A DNA stretch of 64,000 bases. Origin: a virus. Lineage: Duplodnaviria; Caudoviricetes. The DNA lies in IMG/VR virus record IMGVR_UViG_2843857367_000001, positions 24,782 to 88,781 of that record. The stretch is one strand, 5' to 3'. Every line of letters begins with the position of its first letter. Within the stretch, counting starts at the first letter, position 1. A program made the translations under genes and the position numbers. This document shows, piece by piece, positions 57,201-64,000 of this stretch. Under the pieces are notes generated by a model. The model saw nothing but the letters and a program-made list of their open reading frames with translations. It was not told the origin of the DNA and ran no database searches.

Positions 57201-57681
57201 CGTCCGGGCGGATGGCGCGCCGTTCGGCGCCAATGCGAACCTACGGGAATGGTGGGGGCCGGTTGGCATTGCGCTCGGCGCCATGACGACAGCCAACGGG
57301 TACAGCGGTCGAATGACCACTGCTCCCTACAACTTCGACAACACCAGCGGGGTCGGCTTCCACGTGAAGTCGTCTCATATGTACATCAGCGCTTCACGTA
57401 CGGGACCGGGCTCGGTCGGCACTGCCAACGTCACGGTTGAAGCGGTCGGGGCCGTGGGGCCGGTTGACTTCATTGTCTACCGCATGAGCGGGGATGCTTC
57501 GATCGAGGCTTTCCCTGTGCGGTCTACGGCTTCCACTGCGCCCTACAGGCACATTCTGTCTTTCGACACCAACCTGACCAATCAGACCAAGCGGGCCGTC
57601 TTCGGGTGCTCTGCCAGAGACGCGGCCGGGAACACGGGGAATGTCGTGATCGAGGTCGAGATTTTCTACAACGAGGAGTGA
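54286..57681 (+). CDS. Central tail fibre/host-specificity protein
   Basis: 1131 aa; DPRKDST, FN3-like GLTPGQTY, coiled coil, beta-rich C-terminus. Confidence 0.85.
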   Translation: MPEPISATVAFVTAAYSSAVAATATVLGAMGTVGALGMGGTYALAGAIVKGGVMLGLSAASAALLRPNTPSSGTTLDFKPDPKAPIRGAMGYTALGGNKVFQATWGYKRVAMSLGVALSLGPIDQVPRFEADGATVTFSGPQNEATGFYAADMWQRTTLGLPGDAALLPPTGLKYGNPGLTGWGTQHAAPQTAFSFWTMVLAKNPEDRDVFTNGVPDPRWIGRWMKLWDPRKDSTYPGGSGPQRRDDWRTWEWSESPYVHALAWCRGHYKLNLDGTIDRTKRIAGIGAPDAAIDIPAFVEGMNVAQANNWTISGEWSTSDGKFQTLLAMLQAGGGEPISRGAQISVVVNAPRVATYSYTRDDLIGQAEIRPLTPRRERKNTIVPRYKSEANGWQYVPAGEVTSSVYRDEDRGEPRSLEIEYTHVRNAKQAGQLAAYDLANLREGLTATLPSKVHLMHVHPGDCITVDVPELALAGQKFVVRRATVNHQAASVTLELRSESDGKHAWALGQAAQPAPSPSLSAVDPKYVPPPAPEDWTVVPKPPGGGGISQPIVIIELPIETTDIVAVIIKHGPSAAGPWTDGYEGSPRPDGRYEVAGLTPGQTYCFSLQFMAKNGAKSEPDSKCGIVAGDLTAGNVIPTAPTIVSIRNDIEAAFGDIFDVSELLADARTQLDAQGAEIAAARAGEANLSARIAGVNQARIDGDEANALAISGVAARTANTEADIIDLENALANETTARAEAVQQVTARQRAAPNLLPPIRAWPFFGGAWVDDNYPTLGDYTFSTAPGSFRYFDVAIEAGAPFVVSIEGASGNGSRVQVEYHGASGYIADSGIDLRAFTWGQRVEATFAAPVGLGITKARVLLQNFTTASWARAMLQPGSISTSYREDAAVSSLGATVTEQSLAIVDLENQQAIATWRIKSEASGSKPAIIEAVSALGGAYVAFGAEQIYFGGNTVFDDATDTWQTVEGSTVYVRADGAPFGANANLREWWGPVGIALGAMTTANGYSGRMTTAPYNFDNTSGVGFHVKSSHMYISASRTGPGSVGTANVTVEAVGAVGPVDFIVYRMSGDASIEAFPVRSTASTAPYRHILSFDTNLTNQTKRAVFGCSARDAAGNTGNVVIEVEIFYNEE

Positions 57682-57684
57682 ACC

Positions 57685-57825
57685 ATGCAGCCGATGATCT
57701 ATCTCGGTTTAGCCCTGTTTTTGGGCGTCATAGCCCTGATCTTCTGGGTGAACGCTCAAAGGTCTCCCCGCCATCGTGGCGGCGATGATCGAACGACCGG
57801 CTCCGGCCGTAGCGAACATAACTAG
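57685..57825 (+). CDS. Small single-TM protein
   Basis: Manual ORF MQPMIYLGLALFLGVIALIFWV...; GAGGAG RBS. Confidence 0.5.
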   Translation: MQPMIYLGLALFLGVIALIFWVNAQRSPRHRGGDDRTTGSGRSEHN

Positions 57826-57835
57826 AGAAGGGCTG

Positions 57836-58180
57836 ATGGCTATGACGCAAACAGACGCTGAAAAGCTTGCCGCCGCTGAAGCCGCCATGGCTGCCGCGGC
57901 GGAAGCCGCCAAGGCTGCTCGACTACCGTCCGCGAACGCAGCCGTCTCCTTCCTTTCGGGGGAACAGGCAGTTGCCTTCTTGTCCGGATTGAAGGCCGCC
58001 ATTGCCGATAGCGTGGACGACCTGCCGCGCCCGCTCGGAACGCAGGGCGCCGAGGGCACGAAGCAGATGCTTCAGCGTATCGTTACGTCGATGGAGAGCG
58101 GTCTTTCCGCCGCCCAGGCGCGGGTCCAATCATTGCAGCCGACGCCAGCGCCCGAGGCCCCGGCCGAGCCGGAAGCCTGA
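57836..58180 (+). CDS. Hypothetical protein
   Basis: ORF following the fibre gene. Confidence 0.6.
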   Translation: MAMTQTDAEKLAAAEAAMAAAAEAAKAARLPSANAAVSFLSGEQAVAFLSGLKAAIADSVDDLPRPLGTQGAEGTKQMLQRIVTSMESGLSAAQARVQSLQPTPAPEAPAEPEA

Positions 58181-58239
58181 CGAACCCGGTTCGCCGCTGG
58201 CGGGCCGTTTCCTGACAATCTGAAAGAGGAGGGCGGCGC

Positions 58240-58608
58240 ATGCTGTCTGATCTACCCCCCGGCTTCGACCTGGGGCGGCTGCGCTATGCCTTCGGGGGCG
58301 CGGCCGGGGCGCTGATTTATGGCGTCTACACCTTCGTGCAACTGGTCAAGGCAGGCCATCGGCCGTCGCTGTCGGACTTCTGGCGCGCGCTGGCGAATGT
58401 GACGGCCGGGCTGCTGGTCGGCACCGTCGCAGCCTTCGCTCTTGGCCCGGCGCTGGTCGCCATGATCCCGTTCGAGGGGTTGAGGGCCGCCGTCGATCCG
58501 GTCGCCGTCGGCTTCGTCGTCGGTGGTTTGGGCTGGGAGCTTCTGCCGCTCGTCATCGAGGGGGCCAAGCGCTGGGCCTCTCGTCTGGGCAAGGAGAAGT
58601 CGGGATGA
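58240..58608 (+). CDS. Putative holin (3 TM)
   Basis: Strong RBS, three TMs, basic C-terminus. Confidence 0.6.
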   Translation: MLSDLPPGFDLGRLRYAFGGAAGALIYGVYTFVQLVKAGHRPSLSDFWRALANVTAGLLVGTVAAFALGPALVAMIPFEGLRAAVDPVAVGFVVGGLGWELLPLVIEGAKRWASRLGKEKSG

Positions 58609-58895
58609 CCTGGGTCGACTGGATCGCCGCGCTGGCGAGCGGTTACGGCAGCGCCTGTCTACAGTTGCGCGCGCAGGCGCTGAAGCCCCGCATGGGCGAG
58701 TATCCTGAGGGACCGGGCGATGTGCGACGGGCGCTGTTCATCCTGTCGCTGATCCTGGGCGCCTATTCCCTGACCGTTCTGGTCGGGGACTATGGCGCAT
58801 CCCGCACCGAGGCGCTGCTGGTCTGCGCCGTGGCCTTCACCGCCCATGTCCTGTGGCGGAACGTGAGGCGGCAGAGCGTTAATCGCGTCGCCTAA
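58605..58895 (+). CDS. Membrane protein, holin/antiholin-like
   Basis: ATGA coupling; hydrophobic. Confidence 0.55.
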   Translation: MTWVDWIAALASGYGSACLQLRAQALKPRMGEYPEGPGDVRRALFILSLILGAYSLTVLVGDYGASRTEALLVCAVAFTAHVLWRNVRRQSVNRVA

Positions 58896-59092
58896 GCAGG
58901 CGTGAGCGATTCCCTGACTGCTTTGCTGCATCGGTCACGCAATTGGCTCCACGTCGCCTTACCCTCTAGGCCAAACAAATCTGAACGCGTGTATCCTTCA
59001 TGAAATAGCGCCTTGCGCACTTCACTAGGAATACGGAAACGTCCGCTGTCGGCCAACTCGAAGGCGCGCTCAATAACTGGCTTCTGATTCAT
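58892..59092 (-). CDS. Small hypothetical protein (moron)
   Basis: GAGG RBS; IERAFELADSGRF. Confidence 0.65.
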   Translation of the reverse strand: MNQKPVIERAFELADSGRFRIPSEVRKALFHEGYTRSDLFGLEGKATWSQLRDRCSKAVRESLTPA

Positions 59093-59160
59093 TATGAACC
59101 TCGTTTTCGGCCGATCCTGAACGAAGCGATCCTCGATATGGTTGCAGTGCTATCTGGCGC

Positions 59161-59262
59161 TTACCCGCCTGCCGCCAGCCAATAAAGCACTCCGAAGATC
59201 GCCAAACACAGGGCGATCAGCGTCGATTCCAATATTCGTCCAGACGGTCGTCGTCCCGGCAT
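59161..59262 (-). CDS. 33-aa hydrophobic peptide
   Basis: MPGRRPSGRILESTLIALCLAIFGVLYWLAAGG with GAGG RBS. Confidence 0.35.
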   Translation of the reverse strand: MPGRRPSGRILESTLIALCLAIFGVLYWLAAGG

Positions 59263-59430
59263 CTCGCGCCCCTCTCGGTGAGCGGCGTTACTTTCTATCC
59301 GAGTAGACCGGTTGTCCAGCCGGGCCGCAAAAACCCCCACAATCTGAACTGGAGACTTCGATGAACGTCGATCCGATGCCCGTTGGCTGGAGCTTTGCCG
59401 ACGGGATCCTAACCGCCAAGGCGACCTCAA

Positions 59431-59796
59431 TCACCTTTGGTCCATCTCGCTCTCCAACCGAGCTAGGAGTTCGACCAGCGTCTCGGCGGGAACAGCGTCA
59501 GTCTGAACACCGGATCCGCCGCCGAACGAAAGAACAGTTGGTCCAGCGTCGTTCAGGGATGCGAAATCCAAGTACCGGTGATTGAACCATGCGGCCACGC
59601 CTCCGGCATTCGCCTGAAAGCGGAGCGTACCCAAGATACTCAGTACGGTCTCGAGGTTGGCGATAACTTCAAGATCGATGCGCTCACCAGTCGTGATGAT
59701 CGTTCCCAGCGGGCTTTCGCGCGCTGAAATCACTCTGTGAGCGTCGACGATGAAGCTGCCTGTCTGGGAGGGCAGCATCACGAATTTGGCTGGCAT
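59431..59796 (-). CDS. Hypothetical protein with two tandem SwrD-like repeats (moron)
   Basis: GGAG RBS; internal pseudo-duplication. Confidence 0.6.
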   Translation of the reverse strand: MPAKFVMLPSQTGSFIVDAHRVISARESPLGTIITTGERIDLEVIANLETVLSILGTLRFQANAGGVAAWFNHRYLDFASLNDAGPTVLSFGGGSGVQTDAVPAETLVELLARLESEMDQR

Positions 59797-59885
59797 GTAG
59801 GTCTCCATTCTGAGGCCCGCATTAGCGGCTCGGTCCGATGCTGAGTCCAGCACGCAAAACCATAATATCTGAACTGGAGATCACC

Positions 59886-60479
59886 ATGCTCGACGCACGT
59901 CGGCTGCAGGGCCGCCTCGGCGTGTCCGTGGACGGCATCATCGGCGCCGGAACCCTGACGGCGCTGTTCGCGCGGATGGGCGCGCAGAAGCCGGTAGCGG
60001 AGGAGCTGGGCCTCGCCGCCAATGTCCACTTCCGCACCTACGGCATCCTCGATAGCGGCCTTCGCCTGGCGCACTTCATGGGCCAGTGCGGTCATGAGAG
60101 CGGCGGCTTCCGTTTCATGGAAGAGATCTGGGGCCCGACGCAGGCGCAGAGGGGCTACGAGGGGCGCGCGGATCTCGGCAACACACAATCCGGAGATGGT
60201 CGCCGCTATCAGGGGCGCGGGCCGATCCAATTGACGGGCCGGGCCAACTATCGCCGTGTCGGCCGACAGATCGGCATCGACCTAGAGCGGCACCCGGAGA
60301 TCGTCTCGCATCCGTCGATCGGCCTGTTGGTGGGCTGCGTCTACTGGAGAGACCGGAAGCTGAACGCCAAGGCCGACGCTGACGACCTGCTGGGCCTGAC
60401 CAAGGCCATCAACGGCGGCACGAACGGGCTGGAGGATCGCCGCCGCCGGACCGCTCAGGCCAAGGAGTTGATCCTGTGA
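59886..60479 (+). CDS. Endolysin, GH19 chitinase-like
   Basis: DGIIG PG-binding motif, AHFMGQCGHESG, YQGRGPIQLTG, INGGTNGLEDR. Confidence 0.93.
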   Translation: MLDARRLQGRLGVSVDGIIGAGTLTALFARMGAQKPVAEELGLAANVHFRTYGILDSGLRLAHFMGQCGHESGGFRFMEEIWGPTQAQRGYEGRADLGNTQSGDGRRYQGRGPIQLTGRANYRRVGRQIGIDLERHPEIVSHPSIGLLVGCVYWRDRKLNAKADADDLLGLTKAINGGTNGLEDRRRRTAQAKELIL

Positions 60480-60850
60480 TCCGGCTCCGCGACATCACTT
60501 CGACCGGCTGGCTCGCTGTGGCCTGCCTGGCGCTCGCCCTGATCCTGCTGGCCATGTGCGCCGTAGATGGCCGTCAGAATGCCGCTGACAGGCTTCGACA
60601 AGCCGATGCGGGCAAGACCTTGGCCGATGGACGCACGGCCGCCGCGCAGGACGCCAGCGCCATCCGCGACCGGGCCGACGCCCGCGACCAATCCACCAAC
60701 TCCATCGTCACCCAGGCCGAAAAGGAAATCCGCCATGCGCCTGATCGCAATGCTGCCGCTGATGCTGCTCGCCGCAGGGTGTGCCAGCTCACCGATTACC
60801 GTGATGCACAGTGCGCCGTGTTCCGCTCTGATCCCGGCCGGGTGGACTGA
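60476..60850 (+). CDS. i-spanin (Rz-like)
   Basis: N-terminal TM plus helical domain after endolysin. Confidence 0.7.
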   Translation: MIRLRDITSTGWLAVACLALALILLAMCAVDGRQNAADRLRQADAGKTLADGRTAAAQDASAIRDRADARDQSTNSIVTQAEKEIRHAPDRNAAADAARRRVCQLTDYRDAQCAVFRSDPGRVD

Positions 60851-61055
60851 GCCTGTCCCGTCCGCCGCCCTTCCGCTGGAGCCCTCCGACGAGCGGGACT
60901 GGATGGCGTTCGGGGTGGCGCAGACTGGCGCCCTACGGACGGCCAATGGTCGGACGGCGGACGTGATCGGGATCGTGCGGGCGTGTGAGGCGCGGGACGC
61001 GCAGGCGGTCGAGCGAATAGGGCGGCCGTGGTGGGCTCGCCTGAGGCCGGGCTAG
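60735..61055 (+). CDS. o-spanin lipoprotein (Rz1-like)
   Basis: LAAGC lipobox; overlaps Rz in another frame. Confidence 0.7.
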   Translation: MRLIAMLPLMLLAAGCASSPITVMHSAPCSALIPAGWTEPVPSAALPLEPSDERDWMAFGVAQTGALRTANGRTADVIGIVRACEARDAQAVERIGRPWWARLRPG

Positions 61056-61117
61056 GCGGACATTTTCGCCACTCACCGAAAACGATCCAGCGTCGAGCCC
61101 TCAGGCTCCGCTACCGA

Positions 61118-61148
61118 GGCCCGTCATCCTTCGGGGCGGCGGGCTTTC
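61118..61148 (+). terminator. Terminator after lysis genes
   Basis: GCCCGTC...GGCGGGC stem with TTCG loop, then TTT. Confidence 0.55.
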
Positions 61149-61185
61149 GTGCTACTGTGGTTCGGCGTAGCGGTCGATGCGGTAC

Positions 61186-61263
61186 CAGAGTGTAGCTCAA
61201 AGCTGGAGCGGCGCTTTAAATGCAGCGCAAGGTTGGAGGTGGCGGCAAGTCCTCTCACTCAGG
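61186..61263 (+). ncRNA. tRNA-like element or pseudo-tRNA
   Basis: Four-arm cloverleaf with TAGCTCA...GAGC D-arm, 8-nt anticodon loop, 11-nt T-loop, no CCA. Confidence 0.6.
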
Positions 61264-61296
61264 CTTAGGCCTAACCATCGACGGGACGAACGACTC

Positions 61297-61330
61297 GCCC
61301 GCCCCGGTTCGCCGGGGCGGGCCTTTCTTC
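61297..61330 (+). terminator. Intrinsic terminator
   Basis: 11-bp perfect stem with TTCG loop, then CTTTCTT. Confidence 0.75.
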
Positions 61331-61357
61331 GTTTGGAACCGCGTGAAAAGGCGGCTT

Positions 61358-62215
61358 CTATCCGGCTTTGCGGCGGGGCGCCGCCCGACGCGCCTTCGCT
61401 GGCGGCGCTTGGGTCTTTGCCCCAGCCCGACGACGAGGCGCAGCGCCGCCCTCCAGGCTGGCGCGCAATGCGGCCATCAGATCCACCACGTCCGTGTCTT
61501 CAGGCTCAGCGGCGCGGACCGGCTTCTGGCCTTTCTGCTTCGCTGCGATGAGCGCCTTGAGCGCTTCCTCGTAACGATCGACGAACTGGTCGGGATCGAA
61601 CGGGCCGGCCTTTTGCTCGATGATGCGCCGCGCGATGTCGACCATGGCTGGGTCGGGAGCGTGGTCCGTGATGGCCCCGAACACTTCCCGCGGCGCCCTG
61701 ACCTCGTCGCGCGTGCGCAGGGAATAGGCCAGAATGCCGCGATCGCGCGGCTCAAGCGCCAGGAGGCGTTCCCGCGTTGACAGAACGACGCGGCCGAGAG
61801 CGATCTTGCCCTCAGATCGCATAGCCTCGCGGATAACCCCGAACGCCTCTTCGGCCAGGGCCCCCGCCGGGGCTAGGTAGTAGGGGTTGTCCCAATACAG
61901 GCGGTCGATCTCCTCCTCGGGCACAAAGCGTTCGATGTCGATCGTCTTGGTGCTCTCCAGCTTGACCGATTTGATCTCCTCGTCAGTCAGCAGGATGTAC
62001 TCGTCCTTGGCGACGGCGTAGCCCTTGACCAGCGAAGACCGTTCGACCGGTCCGGTGTCGGGGTCGGTCGTCACCATGCGAATGCGGTTGTTGGTCTCGG
62101 GGTTGATAAGGTTGAACCGCACATCGCCACCGGAGCTGGTCGCGGTGTAGAGCGCGACCGGGCATGTCACGAGGGAAAGGCGCAGGTGTCCCTGCCAGGT
62201 GGGGCGATAAGCCAT
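61358..62215 (-). CDS. ku: Ku protein (NHEJ DNA-end binding)
   Basis: WQGHLRLSLVTCPVALY, LVKGY, PYYLAP, VVDLMAALRASL, basic tail. Confidence 0.93.
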   Translation of the reverse strand: MAYRPTWQGHLRLSLVTCPVALYTATSSGGDVRFNLINPETNNRIRMVTTDPDTGPVERSSLVKGYAVAKDEYILLTDEEIKSVKLESTKTIDIERFVPEEEIDRLYWDNPYYLAPAGALAEEAFGVIREAMRSEGKIALGRVVLSTRERLLALEPRDRGILAYSLRTRDEVRAPREVFGAITDHAPDPAMVDIARRIIEQKAGPFDPDQFVDRYEEALKALIAAKQKGQKPVRAAEPEDTDVVDLMAALRASLEGGAAPRRRAGAKTQAPPAKARRAAPRRKAG

Positions 62216-62284
62216 GTCGGACCTCCGGCGGCGCCGCATGCGCCGCCGACTCAACACCGGGCCCGGTGATTCGCTCCCTGATGC

Positions 62285-62521
62285 TCAGTCGCAGGGCTCC
62301 GCCTGCCCGTCGTTCAGGTCGATGACGAAGCAGTGTTCCTGCCCGCCGTCCAGGTCCGCCACGAAGATGCGGATCTCGTCGTCGGCATCGACGGGCGGAG
62401 AGTAGAGTTCGGTAAATCCGACGGCCGCCGCTTCAAAACTGCCGGCTTCCAGGACGTGGCCGTGCGCCCGGCCGAGGCCTTCAGCGTAGGCGAAGTAGCG
62501 ATGCTGTTCGGGTTCGATCAT
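62285..62521 (-). CDS. Small acidic protein (DUF5961-like)
   Basis: SFEAAAV...EHCFVIDL; GAGGAG RBS. Confidence 0.65.
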   Translation of the reverse strand: MIEPEQHRYFAYAEGLGRAHGHVLEAGSFEAAAVGFTELYSPPVDADDEIRIFVADLDGGQEHCFVIDLNDGQAEPCD

Positions 62522-62578
62522 TCGCGGCTCCTCTCTGTCAGAACGCTGGGGGCCGGAAAAGGATTCCATGATTCGGCG

Positions 62579-62851
62579 TCAGGCGGCTGGCGTCACATCC
62601 CGATAGGGCTCGCCCCGATCGCCCGCCTCGGATCTGGTCAGCGCTCGCGTTTCAAACGCCGAGGAGATGGCGACCTTGATGCCTCGATGTCGGATGCCTT
62701 CGTCCAGAGACTTGGCCGTGTGATCGATCGCGTAGAGATCATCGCACCATTCATCGCTGTTGATCTCGATGAGGCCGGGCTGAAGGTCGGGGTCTTCGCC
62801 GGCAGAGGCCAGCATGGCGTCGAGAGCGGCGGTCAGTTGTTCGGGCGTCAT
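62579..62851 (-). CDS. Hypothetical protein
   Basis: 90-aa ORF. Confidence 0.6.
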   Translation of the reverse strand: MTPEQLTAALDAMLASAGEDPDLQPGLIEINSDEWCDDLYAIDHTAKSLDEGIRHRGIKVAISSAFETRALTRSEAGDRGEPYRDVTPAA

Positions 62852-62886
62852 GGCGCGGCGGTGTAGCTGAGTCGCGCGCGTGCGGC

Positions 62887-63051
62887 CTAGCGGCTGCGCT
62901 TGCGTAGGAGCCTAGCCGCCTCTTCCTTCCACAGCGCCCGGAAGCGAAGCAGGATCGAGCCGGGCAGGTTGCGGGCTGACCGCGACCGACGGTGCAGGTC
63001 CAGCGCCTCGGCCTCAAACCGCGCCGCCTTCTCGAGATCGGTCTCGCTCAT
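62887..63051 (-). CDS. Small hypothetical protein
   Basis: ATGA-coupled to the SRAP remnant. Confidence 0.45.
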   Translation of the reverse strand: MSETDLEKAARFEAEALDLHRRSRSARNLPGSILLRFRALWKEEAARLLRKRSR

Positions 63052-63210
63052 CGGATGACCAAGGCGCCGTCCGGCAGCGCCCGCTGAAGCTCCCGCGCGA
63101 TCTCCCATGGCGCGTTCATCCAGACCTCGATCTCGTCCGGCTCGGTCACGATCACCGGCATGGCCTTGGGGTGGACAGACTTCACCGGCTCGCTGGGCTC
63201 GGTCGTCGGG
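63048..63210 (-). pseudogene. C-terminal remnant of an SRAP/YedK-family protein
   Basis: Manual translation TTEPSEPVKSVHPKAMPVIVTEPDEIEVWMNAPW...LQRALPD; N-terminus missing. Confidence 0.75.
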
Positions 63211-63327
63211 ACGGCGGCGAGCACCCCGCTCCGGCGGCTAAGCTACTGACCGGCAAAGTGATGGAACTGGCGCGGGAGGCTGCACAGGCGAGCCTGCTCG
63301 ATTAGGCTCGGCGAAACTTGGACCGTG

Positions 63328-63795
63328 TCAGCACGATTTGAGGTGTTCGTTCAGACCGAGTTGCTCACGGTAGCCCATGTGCCAAGCGAAATCCTGCTGT
63401 TCTGACTGCGGCAGCACGCTGATAACCGGCGTCTGCTGTCCTTCGCGCGCTACAAAGTAGGGCGCGGCCCAAGGAAGCCACAACACCTTGTCGAGATCGA
63501 ACCGTGTGGCCTGGGGCAGTCGGCAGATAAGCCTGGTAGCGAAGTTGCCGATGATGAAGTCGTGAGGACGCTGTCCCGTCTTCAGGTTCGAAGTTCCATA
63601 GACCACTCGGACGAGATGCGTCCCGTCCGGCGGGTCTGACGCATAGCGAACCCCTAGGACAAGGGCGGGGCGACTTTTGGGCCCAGGCTTTTCTGGTGCG
63701 ATGTGATCAGGGAATGCGCACCAGACAATGCTTAGAGGAGCGGGAATGGTGCCAGACGGCCACCACTCCAGCTTGGGTTTACCATTGGAACTCAT
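63328..63795 (-). CDS. PemK/MazF-like protein
   Basis: IVWCAFP...PGPKSRPALV...VVYGTS...TRFDL. Confidence 0.65.
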   Translation of the reverse strand: MSSNGKPKLEWWPSGTIPAPLSIVWCAFPDHIAPEKPGPKSRPALVLGVRYASDPPDGTHLVRVVYGTSNLKTGQRPHDFIIGNFATRLICRLPQATRFDLDKVLWLPWAAPYFVAREGQQTPVISVLPQSEQQDFAWHMGYREQLGLNEHLKSC

Positions 63796-64000
63796 GGACC
63801 ACAGGACCCATGGCGGATTCGTCTTGGGTCCACACCGAACGCAGCGCAGCCATATGCGTGTCGTTCAGCTCATCGCTGTAGTCCGCCTCCGGCGGCTCCG
63901 GCAGGATGGAAGCGGCCTCATGGTCCGGCTTCGGCGTCCTGTTAAACATTGCGACCCTCTGTGTCAGATATTTCATAACGCCAGTCTCCGCTGGCTTCAT
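63779..64000 (-). CDS. Small acidic protein, candidate antitoxin (start uncertain at window edge)
   Basis: Overlaps the start of the PemK-like gene. Confidence 0.45.
   Translation of the reverse strand: MKPAETGVMKYLTQRVAMFNRTPKPDHEAASILPEPPEADYSDELNDTHMAALRSVWTQDESAMGPVVHEFQW

Larger units (their letters stand above)
23217..63240. mobile_element. Prophage 2 (HK97-type head, siphovirus tail, tyrosine integrase); right att not seen in window
   Basis: int, xis, immunity, replication, head, tail and lysis genes in canonical order. Confidence 0.9.

Noticed and set aside
40502-57681. Gene transfer agent cluster
   Set aside because: Linked integrase, repressor, replication and lysis genes indicate a prophage
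1-64000. CRISPR array, DGR or retron
   Set aside because: No regularly spaced repeat-spacer array and no reverse transcriptase ORF seen

Overview
GC-rich alphaproteobacterial DNA, most likely Caulobacteraceae (Brevundimonas-like; this is an inference). The window is almost entirely two different prophages joined tail-to-tail at a tRNA-Met(CAT) 3' fragment (23179-23222). Left prophage (1-~23222, continues off the left edge): lambda-type portal, gpW, gpA-type terminase and TerS, cosQ-like site, NusG-family antiterminator, helicase and primase with an iteron origin, orphan MTase, CtrA-like DNA-binding domain, Cro/CI, ParB-MucR fusion, MazG-like protein and a large serine recombinase. Right prophage (~23217 to at least ~63200): tyrosine integrase and Xis, an apparently non-cleavable repressor plus a dead S24 domain, ParB, SF2 helicase, TOPRIM primase and a small HNH followed by a ~320-nt multi-hairpin non-coding element, a DUF6456/GafZ-like late regulator, HK97-type head genes with terS split by an IS3-family element, a siphovirus tail, lysis genes, a tRNA-like element, Ku, an SRAP remnant and a PemK-like pair. 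Best candidates for novel biology: the helicase-primase-HNH plus structured element module, the phage mimics of host cell-cycle regulators (CtrA domain, ParB-MucR), and the tRNA-like RNA. Family assignments come from motif recognition by eye, not database searches.
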